From assembly GCA_943330855.2 (NCBI GenBank), contig CALQJI020000013.1, positions 7,237 through 71,236 of the forward strand: a stretch of DNA of 64,000 nt. Direction: 5' to 3'. Below the pieces are notes generated by a model. That model saw only the letters and a program-made list of their open reading frames with translations. It ran no database searches and was not told where the DNA came from. Below, piece after piece: positions 30,139 to 37,727 of the stretch. This stretch comes from Klebsiella pneumoniae (GTDB lineage: Bacteria > Verrucomicrobiota > Verrucomicrobiia > Limisphaerales > SXTU01). Each line of letters starts with the position of its first letter. The stretch's first letter is position 1. The translations under genes and the position numbers were made by a program.

Positions 30139-30360
30139 GTATTACGAGGTTGCTGCGTTGTATTGCGAGGTCGTTGCGTTGTATTGCGAGGTCGTTGCCG
30201 GGTGTTCTGAGGTCGCTGCCGGGTGTTCCGAGGTCGCTGCCGGGTGTTCTGAAGTCGCTGCCGGGTGTTCTGAAGTCGCTGCCGGGTGTTCTGAAGTCGT
30301 TGCCGGGTGTTCTGAAGTCGTTGCCGGGTGTTCTGAAGTCGTTGCCGGGTGTTCCAGTGT
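30139..30360. repeat. 21-bp tandem repeat array (~10.5 units)
   Basis: Three units GTATTGCGAGGTCGTTGCGTT-like grade into seven-plus units GTGTTCTGAAGTCGCTGCCGG-like, head to tail with no spacers. Confidence 0.9.
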
Positions 30361-30512
30361 AGCTGCTTTACTCAAGCAATCAGTCTTGAAGGCTGATTTG
30401 TGCCTTAATCATACAAGGCAGAGGGTCTCGAATATGCGGCAGCCATTCCAGAGGTTCTGGCAACTGTGTTGTTATGGCGTTTTTTCTCCATCACCCCCAG
30501 CCCGCTGGGAGC

Positions 30513-30716
30513 GGGGGCACGCGCGCCGCACTCCCGTAGTCGCAACCTTTAGGTTGCGCGTCCGGCCTGCCCTCCCTGACGCGCAGGCTGAAGCCTGCGA
30601 CTACGGGGACGCGCGGGGGCACGCGCGCCGCACTCCCGTAGTCGCAACCTTTAGGTTGCGCGTCCGGCCTGCCTTCCCTGCCGCGCAGGCTGAAGCCTGC
30701 GACTACGGGGACGTGC
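30513..30716. repeat. two tandem 102-bp units, each a family E palindromic element
   Basis: GGGGGCACGCGCGCCGCACTCCCGTAGTCGCAACCTTTAGGTTGCGCGTCCGGCCTGCC.TCCCTG.CGCGCAGGCTGAAGCCTGCGACTACGGGGACG.GC is repeated at 30513 and 30615. It has terminal IR CCGTAGTCGC/GCGACTACGG and two internal hairpins. A related copy lies at 56531. Confidence 0.85.
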
Positions 30717-30941
30717 GGGGGCTTGGCGGCAGCGTGTTCACCAATCCCCCTTTGCCCGGCAAGCAAGCAACTGAGACGCGCGCTTTTACACCAAAGGGGT
30801 TGACTTGGAATGGAAATGCGCCCTTGCTCGACCGATGCACCTGCTCCGGGGAACTTCCCCTATTTGGCTGCCCTTTCGGGTCGCCGGGTTCTCCCTGCAC
30901 CCTTGCGGGTGTCCCAGCAGCCGCGCCGGAAGGAATCCCTC

Positions 30942-31863
30942 ATGAACGACCTCAATGAATCCGCCTACACGCGTGGCCTGGCCACGTTCGCCGCGCAGAC
31001 GCAGATCGGCTCGCCGCTGGTGCTCGAGGAGATGACGCTGCCGGTGTGGGAGGCGCGGCTCGCGGCCATCGTCACGCAGAAGGAGGTGGCGCAGGACCGG
31101 GAGTCGGATTTGAACGGCAAGCGCGGGGAGCTGGATGTCCAGCTCGGGCTGCTCGTCACGCTGGGGAAGCAGATGTTCGCGCTGGCCAAGGGCAAGTGGC
31201 GCAATGACGCGGCCAAGCTCGCGCATTTCCGCAACATCCGCTTCGAGAGCAATGGCCGTCCCGCGCTGCTCACGGATGTCTGCGCGGTGGAATCGGGCTG
31301 GGAAGGGGCGGACGCGGCGTGGGTGCCCATCACCGAGCCGGGCCCGCCGCCGGTGCCCATCACGCTGGCGCTCTTCAAGACGCGGCGGCTGGCGGTGGAG
31401 ACGTTGCTCAAGCAGGAGCGGCTGGCGGAGGGGTCATGGTCGTCGCAGGAGAAGGTGCTCAACGCGTTGTGCGGCGTGCTCAATGCGGACAATGTGGCGT
31501 GGTATGCGGCGGCGGTGATCCTCTTTCCCGAGGGCACGGCGCATGGGGACATGATCCGCGCGACCATCCCGACGACTTACTCGCCGCCGGCCGCGCCGCC
31601 GGGGGGGGGCGACGTTCACCCATGCGGAATCGCCCGCGCCGGGCGAGCTGACGGCGGGGCTGGCCGCGCCGGGTGCGGCGACGTTTGACTTCTATCGCAA
31701 GGGGCCGGGGGACGCGGCCTTTGTGAAGGTGGTGGACCTCTCGACGAATGACGAATACAGCGCGACGGGGCTGGCCGCGGGGACGTATCTGCTCAAGGGG
31801 CAGGGGCATAACAGTGGTGGTTATGGGCCGTTGAGTGCGGAGCAGTCGGTGGTGGTGGGGTGA
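30942..31863 (+). pseudogene. hypothetical protein with C-terminal Fn3-like segment, split by a frameshift at a G9 tract
   Basis: The frame from MNDLNESAY (30942) runs to the G9 run at 31601-31609. One frame over, the sequence continues ATFTHAESPAPGELTAGLAAPGAATFDFYRKGPGDAAFVKVVDLSTNDEYSATGLAAGTYLLKGQGHNSGGYGPLSAEQSVVVG*, stopping at 31861-31863. Eight Gs would restore a single ORF. Confidence 0.55.
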
Positions 31864-31959
31864 AGGGAAGTTGAAGGTTGAAGGTTGAAAGGGGGGCGGG
31901 CGGGTGCTTGCTCACTTTCCCACCTGCTCACCTGCTCACCTGCCCTTGCCTTTGAAGCT

Positions 31960-32616
31960 ATGTCACGGGAATCCACCTCAGCCAAAGCCGCGCGCACGAC
32001 GGCGGTCATCGTCGCGTTGCAGCGCACTTACCCGGATGCGTATTGCGAGCTGAACCACGCGAACCCGGTGGAGTTGCTGGTCGCGACCATCCTCTCGGCG
32101 CAGTGCACGGACAAGCGGGTGAACTTGGTCACGGCGGAGTTGTTCCGGCGCTATCGCAGCGCGCGGGAGTTCGCGGAGGCACCGCTGGCGGAGTTGGAGC
32201 TGGCGGTGAAGAGCACGGGGTTTTACCGGAACAAGGCGAAGAACATCCAGGCGTGCTGTCGCAAGCTCGTCGAGCGCCACGGCGGCGAAGTGCCGCGCAC
32301 GATGGAGGAACTCACGGCGCTCGCCGGCGCGGGGCGTAAGACGGCGAACGTGGTGCTCGGGAACGCCTTCGGCATCAACGTGGGCGTGGTCGTGGACACG
32401 CACGTGTCGCGGCTCTCGCAGCGGCTCGGGCTAACGCGGGAGACGACGCCGGAACGCATCGAGACGGACTTGATGAAGCTGGTGCCGCAGCCGCAATGGG
32501 CGCAGTTCAGCCACTGGCTCATCTGGCACGGGCGGCGGCGGTGCGATGCGCGCAAGCCGGCTTGTGCGGGGTGCGAACTGAAGGCGTTGTGTCCGCAGGT
32601 CGGGGTGAAACGCTAG
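31960..32616 (+). CDS. nth: endonuclease III
   Basis: HhH-GPD region LTALAGAGRKTANVVL, catalytic region VDTHV, and the [4Fe-4S] cluster loop CDARKPACAGCELKALC. Confidence 0.93.
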   Translation: MSRESTSAKAARTTAVIVALQRTYPDAYCELNHANPVELLVATILSAQCTDKRVNLVTAELFRRYRSAREFAEAPLAELELAVKSTGFYRNKAKNIQACCRKLVERHGGEVPRTMEELTALAGAGRKTANVVLGNAFGINVGVVVDTHVSRLSQRLGLTRETTPERIETDLMKLVPQPQWAQFSHWLIWHGRRRCDARKPACAGCELKALCPQVGVKR

Positions 32617-32757
32617 CGGGGGGAGTTGCCTCCCGCAGAGGACGCAAAGGGCGCGAAGGGAGAGTCGGTCAAGGGCCGGTTTGGCTGGCCCGGCTGATTC
32701 TATTCTGATTCTATTCTTGCCACGCCGCGCGGGCTTGTCTCACCATTAGCACAAAGT

Positions 32758-33771
32758 ATGTCCAAAAAGGCGCTCGTTACTGGCATCACCGGTCAAGATG
32801 GTTCTTATCTCGCGGAACTCTTACTCGCCAAGGGCTATGAGGTCCACGGCATCATCCGGCGCGCGAGCAGCTTCAACACCCAGCGGCTCGAGCACATCTA
32901 CTCGGACCCGCATTCGCCGAAGCACAAGCTCATCCTCCATTACGGCGACCTCAGCGACGCCAGCGGTTTGTCCCGCCTCATCGGGAAAATCCAGCCGGAC
33001 GAGGTCTATAACCTCGCCGCGCAAAGCCACGTGCGCGTGAGCTTCGACGCGCCGGAATACACGGCGGACATCGTCGGCACGGGCACGATCCGTTTGCTCG
33101 AAGCGATCCGCGAGGTCGGCATCAAGCCGCGCTTCTACCAAGCCTCGTCCTCCGAGATGTATGGCAAGGTGATGGAGGTGCCCCAGACGGAGACGACGCC
33201 CTTTTACCCGCGCAGCCCGTATGCGTGCGCGAAGGTTTACTCCTACTGGATCACGGTGAACTACCGCGAGTCCTACGGGATGCACGCCAGCAACGGCATC
33301 CTCTTCAACCACGAGTCGCCCCGGCGCGGCGAGACCTTCGTCACGCGCAAGATCACCCGCGCCGTCGCTGCGATTAAGCTCGGGCGGCAGGACAAGTTGT
33401 TCCTCGGCAACATTGACTCCAAACGCGACTGGGGCTTTGCCAAGGAATACGTCGAGGCCATGTGGCTCATGCTCCAGCAGCCGGAGCCGGATGATTACGT
33501 CATCGCCACCGGCGAGACGCACTCGGTGCGCGAGTTCCTCGAAGTTTCCTTCGGCCACCTCGGGCTGGACTGGAAGAAGCACGTCGAGATTGACCCGCGC
33601 TATTACCGCCCGGCGGAGGTGGACCTGCTCATCGGCGACCCGACCAAGGCGAAGAAGAAACTCGGCTGGGAGCCGAAAGTTACCTTCGCTGATCTCGCGA
33701 AGCTGATGGTGGACTCGGACATGAAGGACTTGCAGGACCAGCTCGCTGGCAAAGTTGCTCACTCAGAATAA
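32758..33771 (+). CDS. gmd: GDP-mannose 4,6-dehydratase
   Basis: [31 protein letters not shown] (YxxxK), [16 protein letters not shown]. Confidence 0.95.
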   Translation: MSKKALVTGITGQDGSYLAELLLAKGYEVHGIIRRASSFNTQRLEHIYSDPHSPKHKLILHYGDLSDASGLSRLIGKIQPDEVYNLAAQSHVRVSFDAPEYTADIVGTGTIRLLEAIREVGIKPRFYQASSSEMYGKVMEVPQTETTPFYPRSPYACAKVYSYWITVNYRESYGMHASNGILFNHESPRRGETFVTRKITRAVAAIKLGRQDKLFLGNIDSKRDWGFAKEYVEAMWLMLQQPEPDDYVIATGETHSVREFLEVSFGHLGLDWKKHVEIDPRYYRPAEVDLLIGDPTKAKKKLGWEPKVTFADLAKLMVDSDMKDLQDQLAGKVAHSE

Positions 33772-33823
33772 CCCGCGTCCCAGCGCGGAACTGGCCCTCA
33801 CCGCGGTCGAATCCAGACACGCC

Positions 33824-34807
33824 ATGCCCCGCGCACTCATCACCGGCATCACCGGCCAGGACGGCTCCTACCTCACGGAGTTGCTCCTCGAAAAAGGCTA
33901 CGAAGTCCACGGCATGGTGCGGCGCACCAGCTCACTGGAGCGCTCGCGGCTCGTCCACCTCTACCGCGACCCGGCCATCTACAGCCAGCGCCTCTTCCTC
34001 CACTACGCCGACCTCGACGACCCGACCACGATGCGGCGCGTGCTCATGACCGTGGAGCCGGACGAGCTGTATCACCTCGCCGGCCAGTCCCACGTGGGCC
34101 TGAGCTTCGAGATCCCTGAATCCACCTGCGATCTGACGGCGATGGGAACCCTGCGCTTGCTGGAGATGGTGCAAGACATGAGGAAGAAACCGCGCTTCTT
34201 CCACGCCGCTTCGTCGGAAATCTTCGGCCAACCCGCGCAGATGCCGCAGGACGAGAATACTCCCTTTGCCCCGGTGAACCCTTACGGCTGTGCCAAGACC
34301 TTCGCGGCGCACATGGTCACCATCTACCGCAAAACTTTTGGCCACTTCGCCGTCAACGGCATCATGTTCAACCACGAATCGCCGCGTCGCGGTGAGAACT
34401 TCGTGACGCGGAAAGTTTGCCGCGCCGCCGCTGCCATCCAACTCGGCCAGCAAAAGGATTTGCTCTTGGGCGACTCCTCCGCAAAACGTGACTGGGGCTA
34501 CGCGCCGGACTTCGTGCGCGGGATGTGGCTCTCGCTGCAACACGCGACCGCCGAGGATTACATCTTCGCCACCGGCAAACTCCACAGCGTGCAAGACGTG
34601 GTGGAAACGGCCTTCGGCGCGATGAACCTGGATTGGCGGCAGCACGTCCGCAAAGACAACCGCCTCCTGCGCCCCGCCGAACCGCAGCGTTTGCAGGGCA
34701 ATCCCGCCAAAGCCCGCCGCCTTCTCAATTGGGAAGCGAGCGTCACCTTCAAACAGATGATCGAAGACATGACGAAGGCGGAACACGCGCAACTCGCCGG
34801 CCCGTAG
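33824..34807 (+). CDS. GDP-mannose 4,6-dehydratase paralog (Gmd/Rmd family SDR)
   Basis: [47 protein letters not shown]. Start chosen at MPRALITG. Confidence 0.85.
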   Translation: MPRALITGITGQDGSYLTELLLEKGYEVHGMVRRTSSLERSRLVHLYRDPAIYSQRLFLHYADLDDPTTMRRVLMTVEPDELYHLAGQSHVGLSFEIPESTCDLTAMGTLRLLEMVQDMRKKPRFFHAASSEIFGQPAQMPQDENTPFAPVNPYGCAKTFAAHMVTIYRKTFGHFAVNGIMFNHESPRRGENFVTRKVCRAAAAIQLGQQKDLLLGDSSAKRDWGYAPDFVRGMWLSLQHATAEDYIFATGKLHSVQDVVETAFGAMNLDWRQHVRKDNRLLRPAEPQRLQGNPAKARRLLNWEASVTFKQMIEDMTKAEHAQLAGP

Positions 34808-34894
34808 CGTTCCGAGCGCATCGCGATGCGCCCCCAATGGCTGGCCCTGCACCACGAACGGCCTGATCGTAAAACGGCTGCGGCGCCACGGAGT

Positions 34895-37609
34895 TCAGAA
34901 CCACCACTTCACGGACAAGCCGACCTCCCACGCGCCGCTCCCGCCATCCGTCGTGGCGGCGCTGGTCGTGTAGCCAAGCTCGGTGCCGAACTCGAGGCTC
35001 TTGCGCGGCTGGAAGGTCAGGCCCGCCCGCCCGCCAAACTCCATCGAGTCGCGCTCGAAGGCGTAGTCCGCGCTGCCTTGCAGGTGGTAGAAAAGTGGAC
35101 CCCAAAGCCGGTCACGCAGGTCGGCATAAACGCCTTCGCGGTGGAGCTGGTGCAGCACCAAACTGTCGAGCACCTGCGTCTGCTGCGCAGCGGTAAGGCC
35201 CGCCACCACAGCGGGTGCGACCAGCGCGAGGTTGCCGCTCTTGCGTGAGTTCGCGTGGAAAGCCCCGCGATAGCCGAGCTTGAACTCCGGCGACTCGCGG
35301 CGCGCGAGGAACTCGACGCCCCAGTTCGCCTGCAAGCCCACCGCCAGTTCTTCGCCGCCCAACTGCACTGCGCGACCCGTGAACGCGCCGTAGGTTTGGA
35401 AGCGCTCGGCGAGCAGGTAATTGCCCGCGAGCGAGACGCGATGCTGGCGGCCGTCGAGTGAGTTCAACAACAGACCATCGCGCGCGCGCTCATTCGCATA
35501 GCCTTCGAGCCAGACCGCACCGTTCTTAGGCAAGCGGTGCATCAGCCGCGCGCCGCCGAGGAAACCGTCCTGATAGCCCCCCGCCCACACGTCCGAAATC
35601 CAGCGGCGGCTCCACGTCGTTTGCAAACCGACGGAACCCTCGGTGTCGTCGGCCCAGCGGCGCTTCAGCAGCGCCGAGCTACGCACCAGCACATCTTCGC
35701 GCAGCGCCTCGGCGTGAAGTTGGTTGCGGGCAGAAGTCTGCGTGTGCCCCTCGACGCGTTCTTGCCAAAGCTGACCGGAGTCCAGCAAGTAGGACGTGCC
35801 GTGCGCGGCAACGTGGTCCGCGTGCTCACGCTGCATCGGCTCCAACACCCGGCGCACGACCACGCGCGTGGGGTCGTCCACCTGGTTTTGGTCGAGCAAT
35901 TCCTGATACGCGGTCTGCTGCGTGCGCCAGTGGCCGGACTGCTCCGCCGCACCCGCGAGGTCGAGCTGGTAGGGGAAAGGCTTGCCCGCGAATTTTTCCA
36001 GCCGGAGATAACGCAGCACGCCCTCGGCTTCCTGATAATTCCCGGCGAGCTGGTTGGCCGCGCCGTAGTAGTAGAGCGCCTCGTTGCTGTCGGGGTGAGC
36101 GCGGTAAAGCTGCGTGGCGTAGCCGAGGGCGCGGGGCGCGTCCTTCTTGTCCGTGAAGAGCGAACTCATCGCCAGCAGCGCCTGCTGGTCGGCGGGGTCG
36201 CGGGCGAGGATTTCTTGCGCGAGCGGTTCGGCCAAATCGGCACGCCCCGTCTTCGCGTAAAGATACATCAGGTAGCGACGATCCTCGGGCGGGGTCGAGG
36301 GGGAAAAAGCCCGCTCTTCGGCGGGCGATAAATTTAGTGGCAGCGCGCTGGCTGGGTCACCCGGTGGCGGCGCGTCGAGCGAACTGCGTGGCGCAGGCCA
36401 CGGCTGCCGGGCGGGCGGCGCGGGAGAAAACTGCGGCGCCACCGGAGCGACTTCTCCTGTGCGGCCTGCCGGGCGTTGGCCGGAGAAGGGGTCTTGCGGC
36501 GCGGACACGGGCGGCCGCGGGGCAAAGGCGGGTTGGGGAGCCGGCGTGAATTGATAATTCGGCGCGGGCACCGGACGCAGTTGAGAGTCGTCAAAGCCCC
36601 GCTGTCCGCCGCTGGTCGAGGAGCCGCGCCCGGCGGGTTCCTGCTGCGACTTGCTGCCGAAGAGCCGGCTGAAAAAGCCAGGCCGGTCGAGCGACTCACC
36701 GCGCGTGAGCGCTTGGTTGGCCGGCTCCGGCATCGGATAGCCAGCGGGCACGGCCCCGGGCGCGTAACGCACGCCCTCGCTGACCACGTGGGTGGATAGT
36801 GGGCGAGGGTCGCCGGTGGGCGGGACCACCGCCGTGGTGACGGGTGCGACGGCTTGCGAGCCGATGACGCGAGGGTCTGCGGCGGGCGGCCAGCCATGCG
36901 GCGCGTGTTGCGGCGCGACGGCTTGCGGCTGAGGCCACTGAGGCTGCGCGACCGGGTAGCTCGGCGCTTCGAACTGCGGTGCGGCGGTCGGCGCGTTAAA
37001 CTCACCGCGTCCCGGACGCTGACCGCTGAACCGCTCGTTCGCCGCGCCGCCGAGATTGCCGCTCGTCGTCGTCTGGGCTCCGGCGGGAACGGAGTAATTC
37101 ACCGCCGGGGCCGCTGCGGGTGCGTAGCGGACGCCCTGGCTGATGGCATACGGCTGGCAGTTGGGCGGAACGCTGGCGGGCTGGGCCAACCGTGGGTCGG
37201 GGCTCTGCGGCCACTGCGGATTCGGCTGGGCTTGCGGTTGCGGCCACGGCTGCGCGGCGACCGGAGCGGGCGCTTGGTTGTAGCCCGCCGGTTCGGAGTA
37301 ACGCACGCCGTCGCGCAGATACGTGGTGCCGGCGGGAATGTAGCCTTGCGCAGCGACGGGCCGGGCGGGTTCCGCATCGCGCGAGAAGAGGCGGCCGAAG
37401 AAACCTTTGCGCTCCGGCGCCGGCGCGGGGTAACTGCGCGGCGCGGGTGCGCCATAGGCATCGTCCGCACGCGAGTTGCGCCGCGATGTATCCGGCGCGT
37501 TGAGGGGCTGGTCCGTGAGGAACTGGAACTGCGCGTGGGCCGTAGTGCCGGCGGCCATGATGAGCGCGGTGAGGGCGAGGGCGGAGGTGTGCTTGCGTTG
37601 CCGGGACAT
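34895..37609 (-). CDS. secreted Pro/Gln/Ala-rich + TPR + C-terminal beta-barrel protein (PelB/BcsC-like export porin half)
   Basis: Signal peptide MSRQRKHTSALALTALIMAAGTTAHAQ, ~410 aa of low complexity, TPR-like helices (YLMYLYAKTGRADLAEPLAQEILARDPADQQALL..), and alternating beta-strand-like segments ending ..GAWEVGLSVKWWF (a terminal aromatic, as in outer-membrane barrels). Confidence 0.7.
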   Translation of the reverse strand: MSRQRKHTSALALTALIMAAGTTAHAQFQFLTDQPLNAPDTSRRNSRADDAYGAPAPRSYPAPAPERKGFFGRLFSRDAEPARPVAAQGYIPAGTTYLRDGVRYSEPAGYNQAPAPVAAQPWPQPQAQPNPQWPQSPDPRLAQPASVPPNCQPYAISQGVRYAPAAAPAVNYSVPAGAQTTTSGNLGGAANERFSGQRPGRGEFNAPTAAPQFEAPSYPVAQPQWPQPQAVAPQHAPHGWPPAADPRVIGSQAVAPVTTAVVPPTGDPRPLSTHVVSEGVRYAPGAVPAGYPMPEPANQALTRGESLDRPGFFSRLFGSKSQQEPAGRGSSTSGGQRGFDDSQLRPVPAPNYQFTPAPQPAFAPRPPVSAPQDPFSGQRPAGRTGEVAPVAPQFSPAPPARQPWPAPRSSLDAPPPGDPASALPLNLSPAEERAFSPSTPPEDRRYLMYLYAKTGRADLAEPLAQEILARDPADQQALLAMSSLFTDKKDAPRALGYATQLYRAHPDSNEALYYYGAANQLAGNYQEAEGVLRYLRLEKFAGKPFPYQLDLAGAAEQSGHWRTQQTAYQELLDQNQVDDPTRVVVRRVLEPMQREHADHVAAHGTSYLLDSGQLWQERVEGHTQTSARNQLHAEALREDVLVRSSALLKRRWADDTEGSVGLQTTWSRRWISDVWAGGYQDGFLGGARLMHRLPKNGAVWLEGYANERARDGLLLNSLDGRQHRVSLAGNYLLAERFQTYGAFTGRAVQLGGEELAVGLQANWGVEFLARRESPEFKLGYRGAFHANSRKSGNLALVAPAVVAGLTAAQQTQVLDSLVLHQLHREGVYADLRDRLWGPLFYHLQGSADYAFERDSMEFGGRAGLTFQPRKSLEFGTELGYTTSAATTDGGSGAWEVGLSVKWWF

Positions 37610-37639
37610 AGGATTTGTCAGTGAGAACAGGCGGGGTGA

Positions 37640-37727
37640 TTAAACCACGGGGCGATACGGATGAACACGGTTAAGAAGGCCGCGCCCCTGCCTCCGCTGT
37701 AATTGGCCGTGTCCATCCGCGGTTAAG
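37640..37727. repeat. family A-like palindromic element (divergent)
   Basis: TTAAACCACGGGGCGATACGGATGAACACGG ... CCGTGTCCATCCGCGGTTAAGA. The right arm contains the TAA stop of the upstream TPR gene. Confidence 0.7.

Noticed and set aside
30139-30360. Possible CRISPR array
   Set aside because: The units are directly adjacent with no unique spacers, the period is only 21 nt, and there are no cas genes in the window. It is a plain tandem satellite.
30113-30958. 281-aa ORF reading through the 21-bp array and the 102-bp repeats (AGCSEVA repeats)
   Set aside because: The frame is open only because the repeats lack stops. It runs through two unrelated repeat classes, has no signal peptide or domain, and has a poor start context. 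I treat it as non-coding.
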